DNA of 63,998 bases, filler included, from Sandaracinaceae bacterium (GTDB lineage: Bacteria > Myxococcota_A > Polyangia > Polyangiales > JADJQN01): the NCBI GenBank assembly GCA_947483975.1. It is 11 parts of 11 records of this genome, joined end to end, with 100 filler letters (N's around TTAATTAATTAA, not from the genome) between each part and the next. Parts side by side here need not be neighbours in the genome. Positions count along the whole stretch, not along the records: positions 6,159 to 12,203 come from CANKOL010000317.1; positions 12,304 to 18,341 come from CANKOL010000318.1; positions 18,442 to 24,425 come from CANKOL010000319.1; 8 more parts are not named here. The stretch is one strand, 5' to 3'. The notes beneath the pieces are model-generated. The model was not told the origin of the DNA and did not search any database. It saw only the letters and a program-made list of their open reading frames with translations. Position 1 is the first letter of the stretch; each line of letters begins with the position of its first letter. Made by a program: the position numbers and the translations under genes. Shown piece by piece: positions 8,896-18,747 of this stretch.

Positions 8896-10185
8896 TCAAG
8901 CCTGCGCCGCGAGCTCGTGGGCGTGCAGCGCGAGCCCCTCGACGATCGAGTGAAAGCTCTTGAATTCCTCGACCCGCGCGTGCGCGAACCGCGCGGCGAG
9001 GGCCTGCGCGAGCACCGGCACCTTGGCCGTGCCGCCGGTGCAGCAGACGACGTCGATCTGCGCGGCGGTCAGCCCCGCCGCGGCGAGCGTCTCGTCGAGG
9101 CGCTCGAGGATGCGCGACACGGCGCGCTCGCTCGCCTGCTCGAAGTCTCGCCGAGTGACGGGCTCTCGGATGGCGATGGTCGGGTACTCGAACACGAGCT
9201 CACAGCGCTCGTCCGTGCTCAGCGCTCGCTTCGCGCGCTCGATCGACTCGAAGACGTGAAAGCCGAGCCCATCTTCGATCAGCGTGAAGAGCTGATCGAG
9301 CTTCTCCGCGTCGTCGGGGCCGAGGGACCAGGCCTGGATGTTGCGCAGGAAGACCATCACCTCCTGGCGGCGCAGGATCGAGAGATCCGCGGGCGAGCAG
9401 AGGCGCTCCATCAGCGCCGGCGGCATCCGCAGCTCGTTGCTGCCGAAGGGCACGCGATACACGACGTCCGCGCCGAAGTGCCGCGCGACCTTGGTGCGCA
9501 TCAGCCCCGCGTCGAGCGCGTCACCCGCGACGCCGATGCCGCCGATCGCGAGCACGTCCGCCGGCTGAAGCTCGCCGGGCGCCAGCCGCAGCACCGTGAA
9601 GTCCGAGGTGCCGCCGCCGAAGTCGGCGACCAGCGCGAGGCTGCCGCTCGCGGCGAGGCGGCGATACTCGCGCGCCGCGGCGACGGGCTCCGCGAGGAAG
9701 CGCACCTCCTCGAAGCCCGCCGTCCGCGCCGCGCGCTCGAGGCGCTGCTCGGCGAAGAGGTCGTCCGCGGGTAGATCGGAGAAGCGCGCCGGGCGCCCGA
9801 GCACGACGTTGCGCACGTCCGCGCCGAAGAAGCGGTTCGCCCGCGCGCGCATCTCGCGCAGCATCGCGCCGATCAGGTCCTCGAGGCTCATAGGCCGATC
9901 GTCGATCGAGGTGCCGACGAACGAGCGCGACGGGAGGTGCTTCTTCACCGAGCGAATCAGGCGCCCGTGCAGCCCGCCCTCGACGTACTGCCGGATCGCG
10001 TCGAGCCCGAAGTGCACGCGCTCGGCGTTGGGGAAGAAGAGCACGCTCCGCAGGATCGTCGGATCCGGCGCGAGCGGGTCGAGCGGGACGGGCGCGTGAA
10101 TGCCCGCGGCGTTGGCGGCGGCGAGCAGCGAATTGCTCGTGCCGAAGTCGATCGCGTACCAGGTGGGGAGGAACGCGGGCGTCAT
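8896..10185 (-). CDS. Hsp70-family protein (YegD-like)
   Basis: IDFGTSNS, VLGRPARF, EPVAAA, DFGGGTSD, TGGTAKVP. Confidence 0.9.
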   Translation of the reverse strand: MTPAFLPTWYAIDFGTSNSLLAAANAAGIHAPVPLDPLAPDPTILRSVLFFPNAERVHFGLDAIRQYVEGGLHGRLIRSVKKHLPSRSFVGTSIDDRPMSLEDLIGAMLREMRARANRFFGADVRNVVLGRPARFSDLPADDLFAEQRLERAARTAGFEEVRFLAEPVAAAREYRRLAASGSLALVADFGGGTSDFTVLRLAPGELQPADVLAIGGIGVAGDALDAGLMRTKVARHFGADVVYRVPFGSNELRMPPALMERLCSPADLSILRRQEVMVFLRNIQAWSLGPDDAEKLDQLFTLIEDGLGFHVFESIERAKRALSTDERCELVFEYPTIAIREPVTRRDFEQASERAVSRILERLDETLAAAGLTAAQIDVVCCTGGTAKVPVLAQALAARFAHARVEEFKSFHSIVEGLALHAHELAAQA

Positions 10186-10233
10186 CTGCGGGCCCCATTA
10201 GCGCGCCCGCGCCGCCCGCGCCCGTTCGCCGAG

Positions 10234-12203
10234 CTACTCCGCGGCGTCCGCGCGCGCCGCGCCGCGCTCGATGAGGCGTAGCTCCGTGCCGCGCCCGCTG
10301 AGCACGAGCATGTCGCCGCGCAGCGCCTTGCCGGACAGCACCAGCTCCGCGAGCGGAGACTCGACGAGGCGCCCGACGGTGCGCCGCATCGGGCGCGCGC
10401 CGAGCTCCGGGTCGAAGCCGCCCGCCGCGGCGAGCGCCTCGAGCGCGCTCGGCTCGACGACGAGCGTGACGCCGTGCTCCTTCGTCAGGATCTTCGCGAC
10501 CTGCGCGAGCATGCGCGCGGCGATCGCCTGCACCTCGCTCGCGCCGAGCGGCCCGAACCAGAGCGGCTCGTCGATGCGGTTCCAGAGCTCAGGCGGCAGC
10601 GCGCGCCGTGCGGAGGCGAGGGCGCGCTCACCCTCGTCGGGCGCGCGGGCGGCGCTCGGCTCCGCGCCGCCGAAGCCGATCGAGCGCGACGGCTTCTCGC
10701 GCGACTGCGCGACGCCGAGGTTGGAGGTCATCACGACGACGGTGTTCGTGAAGTCGACGGTGCGCCCGCGCCCGTCGGTCATGCGCCCCTCGTCGAGGAG
10801 CGGCAGGAGCGCGAGGAGCACCTCGGGGTGCGCCTTCTCGATCTCGTCGAGGAGCACCAGCTGATACGGGCGCCGCCGCACGGCCTCCGTCAGCTGCCCG
10901 CCCTCGTCGTGCCCGAGGTAGCCGGGCGGCGCCCCGAGCAGGCGCGCGATGGAGTGCGGCTCGGCGTACTCGCTCATGTCGAGGCGCGTGAGATCGCTCG
11001 ACGCGAACAGCACCTCGCTGATCGCCTTCGCGGTCTCCGTCTTGCCGACGCCCGTCGGGCCGAGCAGCAGGAACGTGCCGAGCGGGCGCTTGCCGCGGAA
11101 GCCCGCCGCGCCCTTGCGGAGCGCGTCCGCGATGCGCGCGATCGACGCGCGCTGCCCGACGACGCGCTCAGCGACGAGCTCTTCGAGCGCGAGCAGTCGC
11201 TCTCGATCGCGCAGCATCAGCCGCTCGAGCGGCACATGCGCTTGCTCGCTGACGACGCGCGCGACGGCCTCGAGATCGACGACGCGCCCGCCGCGACGCC
11301 GCGTGCGCGCGCCGGCGAGATCGAGCAGCCCGAGCGCCTTGTCGGGGAGCTGTCGCTCCGGCAGAAAGCGCACCGAGAGCGCGACCGCCTGCTCGATCGC
11401 CTCGGGCGCGTAGGCGACGCCGTGATGCAGCTCGTAGCGCGGCACGAGCCCGCGCAGGATGCGCACGCAGTCCTCGGGGGTCGGCTCGCCGATCTCGATG
11501 CGCGAGAAGCGCCGCGCGAGCGCCGGGTCCTTCTCGAAGTGCTTGCGGTACTCGGCGTCCGTCGTCGCGCCGATGCACGGCAGCTCGCCGCGCGCGAGGG
11601 ACGCCTTCAGCTCGCTCGCGAGGTCGTCGGGCCCGCCGTTGTCGCCCGCGACGATCGCGTGGATCTCGTCGAGGAAGAGCAGCACTCGCCCCTCCGCGCG
11701 CGCGACCTCCGCGCGCAGCTTCGCGAGGCGCTCCGCGAGCGCGCCGCGCACGCCAGTCCCGGAGACGAGCGCGCCGGCCGAGACCTCGAGCAGGATGCGA
11801 TCGCTCGGCAGCCCCGTCGCGCCCGAGGCGAGCCGCAGCGCGAGCCCTTCGACCACCGCCGTCTTGCCGACGCCCGGCGGTCCGACGAGGAGCGGGTTGT
11901 TCGAGCGGCGTCGCGCGAGGACGTCGAGCAGCTTCTCGATCTCTGCGTCGCGCCCGATCACCGGGTCGATCGCGCCCGCCTCGGCGAGCGCCGTCAGGTT
12001 GCGCGAGAGCGCGACGAGCGTCGGGAACTGCCGCTCATCGAGCGCAAAGCGCGACCCGGGGAGGGCGGCGTTGGGCGCGCTCGGGGCGCCGCGCGGCGCG
12101 TCTTCCGGCGTCGATTGCTCGCGCGGCGGCGTCGTCGCGGCGGGCTTCGTCGTCGTCGTCGTCAGGCGCGCGGTCGAGCGCGGCGGGGTGATGTGCGGGC
12201 CGC
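10234..12203 (-). CDS. Clp/Hsp100 AAA+ ATPase (ClpA/C-like), 5' truncated
   Basis: Two Walker A motifs (GPPGVGKT, GPTGVGKT), DEIH, GAPPGYLG, DEIEKAH, GARP. Confidence 0.93.
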
Positions 12204-12304
12204 NNNNNNNNNNNNNNNNNNNNNNNNNNNNNNNNNNNNNNNNNNNNTTAATTAATTAANNNNNNNNNNNNNNNNNNNNNNNNNNNNNNNNNNNNNNNNN
12301 NNNC

Positions 12305-13000
12305 CCCGCGCTCGAAGGCGCAGCGCGCGCGACGAGCGCCGCGCGGGACAGCGCGGTCGGGCACGCGGCCGCCCGCAACAGCGCGCTCGAACAGCTCCAC
12401 GCCGCTGAAGCGCTGCTCTCTCGGTACGAGCTCGAGCACGCCGAGCTCGAGGCGCGCTACGGCGTCGTCGGCAAGCTCTCGGAGGTCGCCGAGGGCGGGA
12501 ACGCGCACAAGCTCAGCTTTCAGCGCTACGTGCTCGCGACCCTCCTCGACGACGTGCTCCTCACCTCGACGCAGCGCCTCCGCGAGATGAGCCGCGGCCG
12601 CTATGAGCTCCAGCGGCGCGCCGGCACCGAAGGACACGAGCGCAAAGGCGGGCTCGCGCTCGACGTGATGGACCACCACACCGGGGTCGCGCGCCCCGTC
12701 AACACGCTCTCCGGCGGCGAGAGCTTCCTCGCCTCGCTGTGCCTCGCGCTCGGGCTCGCCGACGTGCTGCAGAGCTACGCGGGCGGCGTGCGCCTCGACA
12801 CGATCTTCGTCGACGAGGGCTTCGGCACGCTCGATCAAGAGGTGCTCGACCAGGCGATCGACACGCTGATCGGGCTGCAGGCGGGCGGGCGCCTCGTCGG
12901 CGTCATCTCGCATGTGGAGGAGTTCCGCGCGCGCGTCGACGCGCGGCTCGAGATCCTGTGCGGCGAGCGCGGCTCGACGGCGCGCTTCGTCGTCGGCTGA
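12305..13000 (+). CDS. sbcC: SbcC SMC-family ATPase, C-terminal fragment
   Basis: LSGGE signature, FVDEGFGTLD, GVISHV. Confidence 0.88.
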   Translation, partial: PALEGAARATSAARDSAVGHAAARNSALEQLHAAEALLSRYELEHAELEARYGVVGKLSEVAEGGNAHKLSFQRYVLATLLDDVLLTSTQRLREMSRGRYELQRRAGTEGHERKGGLALDVMDHHTGVARPVNTLSGGESFLASLCLALGLADVLQSYAGGVRLDTIFVDEGFGTLDQEVLDQAIDTLIGLQAGGRLVGVISHVEEFRARVDARLEILCGERGSTARFVVG

Positions 13001-13107
13001 GCGCCACGCGCGCGGGAGGAGCGCGCGAGCCACTCGACGCGGGCGCACACATTCTTCCGCAGGAGCGCGACGCGGCGCTAAGCTCTCGACTCCAAAGGAG
13101 GCTCGCG

Positions 13108-13206
13108 ATGGCCAAGGGACAAGAGAAGGTCAAGAAGGACAACAAGCCCAAGCTCAGCACCAAGGAGAAGCAGCAGAAGAAGAAGGAGAAGAAGGCCTCC
13201 AAGTGA
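13108..13206 (+). CDS. 32-aa Lys-rich small protein
   Basis: AAGGAGG RBS upstream; MAKGQEKVKKDNKPKLSTKEKQQKKKEKKASK; Lys codons all AAG. Confidence 0.75.
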   Translation: MAKGQEKVKKDNKPKLSTKEKQQKKKEKKASK

Positions 13207-13338
13207 GCGAGCGGGCGATGACCACCTAGCCCCCGGTAGCGCCGCCGCTCGGCGCCTCACGGTCACGCGCCGCGCCACGATGGTGTGCGGCGCGGAGCCG
13301 AGGCGCAGAGCGCGCGGCGGGTGGGGCTGGCGGCGGAG

Positions 13339-15372
13339 TCAGCGCGGACGCTTGGCAGGCCGCGCCTCAGTCGGCGCAACAGTCCGCGCAGCAGGGCGCC
13401 CAGCAGGGCGCGCATCAGGGCGCGCATCGGTCCGCGCATCAGTCCGCGCAGCAGGGCGCGGTTTGGCACCCGCGGGGCGATTGGTGCCACAGACCTTGCG
13501 CTTGTCGTGGATCGACAGCGAGCCCTTCCCCGTCGCGGGCGGCAGCAAGCAGTGCGGCGCGGTGCCGATCAAGTCGCGGCGCCCCGCGCTGATCAGCGCC
13601 TCGCGCGCGAGGTCGTGGTGCGCGGGGTCCCAATAGAGCAGCAGCGCCTTCTGCCTACGCTTGTCGCGCATCTCGCGCGCCGTGTAGACGGGCTCCGCGG
13701 TGAACGGGTCGAACCCCGTGTAATACATGCTCGTCGCCATCGACATCGGCGTCGGGATGAAGTCCTGCACTTGGCGCGGGCGAACTCCCTGCTTCTTCAG
13801 GTAGAGCGCGAGCTCGATCATCGACTCGAGCGTCGAGCCCGGGTGTCCGCTGATGTAATAGGGGATCAGCTGCTGGTCTTTGCCCGCCTGCGCGCTCGCG
13901 CGGTTGAACATCCCCGCGAAGCGATCGTAGCTCTCGACGCCGGGCTTCTTCATCTTGGCGAGGACGTCCTCGTCGATGTGCTCCGGCGCGACGGATAGCT
14001 GCCCTCCCGTGTGATGGCGGGCGAGCTGCTCGACGAACTCGGGGCTCCGCTCGGCCAGGTCGTAGCGCACGCCGCTCGCGATGAAGACCTTCTTGATCCC
14101 CTTCTCGACGCGCACCTTCTGCAGGAGATCGACGAGCGGCTTGTGATCCGTGACGAGGTTCTCGCAGACGCCCGGGTGCACACACGAGAGTCGCCGACAC
14201 GCCTTCTCGATGCGCTCGTCCTTGCAGTGCATCTGATACATGTTCGCCGTCGGGCCGCCGACGTCGCTGATCACCCCGTGGAAGCCGTCCATGCGCCGCA
14301 ACGAGCGCACCTCGCGGAGCACGCTCTCGGCGGAGCGCGACTGAATCACGCGCCCCTCGTGCTCGGTGATCGAGCAGAACGTGCAGCCTCCGAAACAGCC
14401 GCGCATCGTGACGATGCTGTGCTTCACCGTCTCGTAGGCGGGGATGCGCTCGGCGTAGGACCAGTGGGGGAGTCGCGTGAACGGGAGATCGTAGAGTCCG
14501 TCCATGAACTCGGTCTCGAGGGGCTTCGCGGGCGGGTTGAAATACACCGCCTGCGCGCCGTGCGGTTGCACGAGGGGGCGCCCGTTGCCCGGGTTCGTCT
14601 CGTACTGAAAGACGTGCGACATCTCGCGAAACGCGTCGCGCCCTTCGGGCGTCGCGGGGCTCACCTCTTCGTAGGAGGGCAGAAAGAGCACGTGCCCGTC
14701 GGACACGAAGCGCGAGCGGGGCAGGGACTCCCACTCTCCCTTGTTGCGGATATGCGCCGTGCCGCGGACGTCGCGGAGCGCGCCAATCTTCTCTCCGTTC
14801 GCGAGCCTGTCGGCGATCTCCCAGATGGGCCGCTCGCCCATGCCGAACACCAGCAAATCGGCTTTGGCGTCGAGCAGAATGGCGCGCCGCACTTGCTCGG
14901 ACCAGTAGTCGAAGTGCGCGATTCGGCGGAGCGAAGCCTCGATTCCGCCGAGCACGACGGGCACGCCGGGGAGCGCCTGCCGGACGAGATTGGCATACAC
15001 GATGGACGCGCGATTCGGGCGCATTCCCGTGCTGCCGCCGGGCGAGTACTGGTCTTCACCGCGCGTCTTCTTCTGCGCCGTGAGCTTGTTGAGCATCGAG
15101 TCGAGGTTGCCCGCCGTGATGCCGACGAAGAGGCGCGGCGCGCCGAGGCGGAGCACGTCCTCCGTCGTGTCCCAGCGCGGCTGCGAGATCATGCCGACGC
15201 GGTAGCCGCGCCCCGTGAGAAAGCGCCCGATCAGCGCCGCGCCGAACGCCGGGTGATCGACGTAGGCGTCGCCGTTGATGAGCAAGATGTCGAGCGCGTC
15301 CCAGCCGCGCGCGCGCATCTCCTCGCGGGTCGTCGGCAGAAACGCGTGCAAATCACGCAGAGGCGCGCTCAT
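13339..15372 (-). CDS. YgiQ-family (UPF0313) radical SAM protein
   Basis: GDAYVDHP, GGIEASLRR, CFGGCTFC cluster motif, APEH, QVQDFIPTPM; C-terminal 12-bp repeats (ARTD/ARPD). Confidence 0.93.
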   Translation of the reverse strand: MSAPLRDLHAFLPTTREEMRARGWDALDILLINGDAYVDHPAFGAALIGRFLTGRGYRVGMISQPRWDTTEDVLRLGAPRLFVGITAGNLDSMLNKLTAQKKTRGEDQYSPGGSTGMRPNRASIVYANLVRQALPGVPVVLGGIEASLRRIAHFDYWSEQVRRAILLDAKADLLVFGMGERPIWEIADRLANGEKIGALRDVRGTAHIRNKGEWESLPRSRFVSDGHVLFLPSYEEVSPATPEGRDAFREMSHVFQYETNPGNGRPLVQPHGAQAVYFNPPAKPLETEFMDGLYDLPFTRLPHWSYAERIPAYETVKHSIVTMRGCFGGCTFCSITEHEGRVIQSRSAESVLREVRSLRRMDGFHGVISDVGGPTANMYQMHCKDERIEKACRRLSCVHPGVCENLVTDHKPLVDLLQKVRVEKGIKKVFIASGVRYDLAERSPEFVEQLARHHTGGQLSVAPEHIDEDVLAKMKKPGVESYDRFAGMFNRASAQAGKDQQLIPYYISGHPGSTLESMIELALYLKKQGVRPRQVQDFIPTPMSMATSMYYTGFDPFTAEPVYTAREMRDKRRQKALLLYWDPAHHDLAREALISAGRRDLIGTAPHCLLPPATGKGSLSIHDKRKVCGTNRPAGAKPRPAARTDARTDARPDARPAGRPAARTVAPTEARPAKRPR

Positions 15373-15695
15373 TCGCCGAGCCACTCGCAGCCGCAGCCGG
15401 ACGCGGAGCCCTGACAGGCGTGCATCGACGGGCACGCCATCGTGCTCGACAGACACGGCACCTCAGGGCGGCGCGCGCCGTCGGCGTGCTCGACGCAGCG
15501 CGTCCCGGCGTCGCAGTCGCGGTCCACTCGGCACGTCGCGTCCGCGGCGCCGGTGCAGAGGCAAGTGCTCCCGACGGGCGCTGGCGCGACGACGCCGACG
15601 GCTTCGCTGCCGCTCAGCCCATAGGATTCGTGGCAACTCGGGAGCGCGGCGAGGAGCGGGACGCTCCAGGCGAGAGTCGAAGTAGGGCGCAGCAT
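15369..15695 (-). CDS. Cys-rich putative lipoprotein
   Basis: LAALPSC lipobox-like; 10 further Cys; ATGA overlap with the ygiQ-like gene. Confidence 0.65.
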   Translation of the reverse strand: MLRPTSTLAWSVPLLAALPSCHESYGLSGSEAVGVVAPAPVGSTCLCTGAADATCRVDRDCDAGTRCVEHADGARRPEVPCLSSTMACPSMHACQGSASGCGCEWLGE

Positions 15696-15805
15696 CGCGC
15701 CAGGATGCGCTGTCGCGCGGCAACGCTCAACGCCCCCCGGACGGGCGCCGACGGTGCTAGCGTGCGCGCCCCTCTGCGCGGCCCGCGCCTCGCCTGAACC
15801 GTCGA

Positions 15806-17818
15806 ATGCCCCCTCACTCTCCCTACGCGCGCAAGCCCGGCGCGCTCACGCTCGACGCGCTCGAGCGACGCTTCGAGCAGCTCGCGGGCGACCATCCGCA
15901 CCTCGACGTCACGCGGCTGAAGGACGCGCTCGGCCTCAAGAGCGAGTACCTCGCGGCGCGCATGGTCGCGGGGCTCGACACGAACGGCGACGGCGTCGTC
16001 AGCCGCGACGAGTTCCTCGAGGGCGTCCGCGCGCTCGTCTACGGCACGGACCGCGATCGGCTGAGGTTCGCGTTTCGCCTGCACGATCACGACGGCGACG
16101 GCTTCCTCTCGCTCGACGAGCTCGAGCGGATGATCGACATCGGGCTCGCGGAGGACTCGGTCGAAGAGCACACGACGCAGTCGCCCGAGGTCCTCGCGGC
16201 GGCGCTGTTGCGCGCGGCGGATCGGGACGGGGACGGGCGGGTGTCCTTCGCGGAGCTCGAGCAGCTCGTCAGCGCGCGCCCCGAGCTGCTGCGCGAGATG
16301 GCGCGCGCAGAGGCGCTCTGGATGGCGCCGAACCGCGACCTCCTCGCGCGGCTCTCCGCGCCCTCGAGCGCGCCCGAGGCCGTGCACCCCGCGCGGCGCT
16401 GGCTCGAGAATCACTGGCGCTCGGTCGCGTTCGTGGGGCTCTGCGCGCTCGTCAACGTCGCGCTCTTCGCGAAGGCGCTGCTCGCGTCGCCCGACGCCGG
16501 GCACACCGAGCGCCTGATGCAGCTAGGGCGCGCGACGGGCGCCGCGATGAGCTTCGACGCCGTGCTGCTCCTCGTGCCGGTGATGCGACGGCTGCTGACG
16601 CGCGTGCGCGCGAGCTGGCTCGGGCGGCTGCTGCCCGTGGACGAGGCGGTGGGCTTTCACAAGCTGCTCGGGCACACGCTCGTCGCGCTGACGCTCGCGC
16701 ACGTCGCCGCGTTCGCCATCACCTGGCACGCCGGGCACCCGGCGGGCTCGCTCACGCAGCTGTTCTTCGGGACGCAGCGCGGGCTGACCGGCACCCTGCT
16801 GCTCGCGGTGTTCGCCGTGATTTGGGTCGCTGCGCTCCGCTGGATCCGCCGCACTCAGCACTTCGAGATCTTCTACTTCACGCACTTGCTCTACGCGCCG
16901 TGGATGGTGCTGCTGATCGTGCACGCGCCGCACGTGCTCGCCTGGCTCGGGCTGCCGCTCCTCGGCTTCGGCGTCGAGCGGGTGCTGCGGCTCGTGCGCC
17001 GCGCGCGTCGGAGCGAGCTGCTGAAGCTCGAGCCGCTGCGCTCGCGCGTGACGTTGCTCGAGATCGCGCGCCCCGCGGGCTTCACGTTCTCGGCGACGGA
17101 CTACGTGTTCGTGCGCATCCCCGCGGTGGCCAAGCACGAGTGGCATCCGTTCACGCTCAGCAGCGCGCCCGAGCGCGACACGCTCACGCTGCACGTGCGC
17201 ACGCTCGGCAACTGGACGGCTGCTCTGCGCGCGCTCGCCGACGCGCGACAGGCGGAGCGCGACGACTCGCCGCTCGCCGTCTACGTCGATGGGCCCTACG
17301 GCTCGCCGAGCGCGCACGTCTTCCGGTCGCGCTTCGCGGTGTTCATCGGCGCGGGCATCGGCGTCACGCCGTTCGCGAGCGTGCTCGAGAGCCTCGTCTC
17401 CCGGGCAGAGGGCGACGAGCGCAGCGCGCTCGAGAAGGCGCACTTCTTCTGGCTCAGCCAGGACCTGCGCTCCTTCGAGTGGTTCCGCGACCTGCTCGCG
17501 GAGGTCGAGCGGCGGGATCGGCGCGGCTTGCTCGCGCTGCACCTGCACATGACCGCGGGGCGCACGGGCGCGACGGCGTTCGGGCTGGAGCTCGCGCGGG
17601 AGCTGGCGCACTCGCACGGGCACGGAGACCTCGCGACGGGCTTGCACGCGAAGACTCAGATGAGCGCCCCCGACTGGCGCGCGGAGCTCCGGGCGATCCA
17701 GCGGGCGCACGCGCCGCACGAGGTCGACGTCTACTTCTGCGGGCCGCACGGGCTCGGCGTGAAGCTCCGGCGCCTCTGCGCCGAGCTGAAGCTGTCGTTT
17801 CGCGAGGAGCAGTTCTGA
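15806..17818 (+). CDS. EF-hand NADPH oxidase (NOX5/RBOH-like flavocytochrome)
   Basis: Three EF-hand loops (DTNGDGVVSRDE, DHDGDGFLSLDE, DRDGDGRVSFAE). Six TM with paired His in TM3 (FHK...LAH) and TM5 (FTH...IVH). HPFTLSS (FAD), DGPYG, GAGIGVTPF, CGP, and C-terminal EQF. Confidence 0.92.
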   Translation: MPPHSPYARKPGALTLDALERRFEQLAGDHPHLDVTRLKDALGLKSEYLAARMVAGLDTNGDGVVSRDEFLEGVRALVYGTDRDRLRFAFRLHDHDGDGFLSLDELERMIDIGLAEDSVEEHTTQSPEVLAAALLRAADRDGDGRVSFAELEQLVSARPELLREMARAEALWMAPNRDLLARLSAPSSAPEAVHPARRWLENHWRSVAFVGLCALVNVALFAKALLASPDAGHTERLMQLGRATGAAMSFDAVLLLVPVMRRLLTRVRASWLGRLLPVDEAVGFHKLLGHTLVALTLAHVAAFAITWHAGHPAGSLTQLFFGTQRGLTGTLLLAVFAVIWVAALRWIRRTQHFEIFYFTHLLYAPWMVLLIVHAPHVLAWLGLPLLGFGVERVLRLVRRARRSELLKLEPLRSRVTLLEIARPAGFTFSATDYVFVRIPAVAKHEWHPFTLSSAPERDTLTLHVRTLGNWTAALRALADARQAERDDSPLAVYVDGPYGSPSAHVFRSRFAVFIGAGIGVTPFASVLESLVSRAEGDERSALEKAHFFWLSQDLRSFEWFRDLLAEVERRDRRGLLALHLHMTAGRTGATAFGLELARELAHSHGHGDLATGLHAKTQMSAPDWRAELRAIQRAHAPHEVDVYFCGPHGLGVKLRRLCAELKLSFREEQF

Positions 17819-18341
17819 TGGCGCGAACGGAGCAGTTCGAGCGAGTCGAGCGCGGGAGTCGCCAGCTCCCGAGCGCGCTGTCGAGCGCGGGAGTCTACGC
17901 GAGCCTCTGCGCGGCGTTCCTTTCGCTGAGCGCGTGCTCGGATACGCACGCTGGCGCGGACGTGGACGGCGGCTCGGGGGCGTGCGCGACGTGCCATATG
18001 CCCGAGTATTTGGGCGCGCGGCGCCACGCCGGCGTGAAGCCGACGACGTGCGGTGTGTGCCATTCGCGGGAGCGCTGGACACCGCACATCAAGCAGCACC
18101 GCTGGCCTCTGACTGGCGCGCACGCCGAGGTGGATTGCGTCAAGTGCCACACGGGCGCTGCGCCGAAGTACGAGGACACCGCGAGCGAGTGTGTGGACTG
18201 TCACCTCGACACCTTCGAGCATGAGACGTTCACGGAGCACCTCGGCTATTCGCGCGAGTGCGCCCGCTGCCACACGACGACCGCGTGGCTGCCCGCGACG
18301 TGGAACGGCCGCGCGATCGACCCCGCCGAGCACGCCGCGCG
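17818..18341 (+). CDS. Multiheme cytochrome c lipoprotein (at least 5 hemes; 3' truncated)
   Basis: TGATG overlap with the NOX stop; LSLSAC lipobox; CATCH, CGVCH, CVKCH, CVDCH, CARCH; WPLTGAH motif. Confidence 0.85.
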
Positions 18342-18441
18342 NNNNNNNNNNNNNNNNNNNNNNNNNNNNNNNNNNNNNNNNNNNNTTAATTAATTAANNN
18401 NNNNNNNNNNNNNNNNNNNNNNNNNNNNNNNNNNNNNNNNN

Positions 18442-18657
18442 GAGCGCGCTGGCAAACGAGGCCGCGCCCTTCGCCGGCACCGCCGCAGCCTTGCTCTTCG
18501 CGGGCGCCGGCTTCACGCCCGCGAGCGCCTTCGCGAACGGCGACGCGAGCCGCTCGGGGATCTTCTGCGCGGGCCGCGCGGGCGCGTCGTCCGCGTCTAC
18601 GTCGTCAACGATCCTCGGTCCGCCCTGCGTCGTCGGCTTGCTCTTCTTGCGGGTCAC
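18442..18657 (-). CDS. Hypothetical protein N-terminus (truncated)
   Basis: MTRKKSKP...SPFAKALAGVK open to the contig edge. Confidence 0.5.
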
Positions 18658-18747
18658 CCGAGCACCGTATCAAGCGCACGGGAGCGACGCACGCGCCGTC
18701 ACGCGCTCCCGGCGCTCGTCGAACAGCGCGCCGCGCGCGCGCCCACC

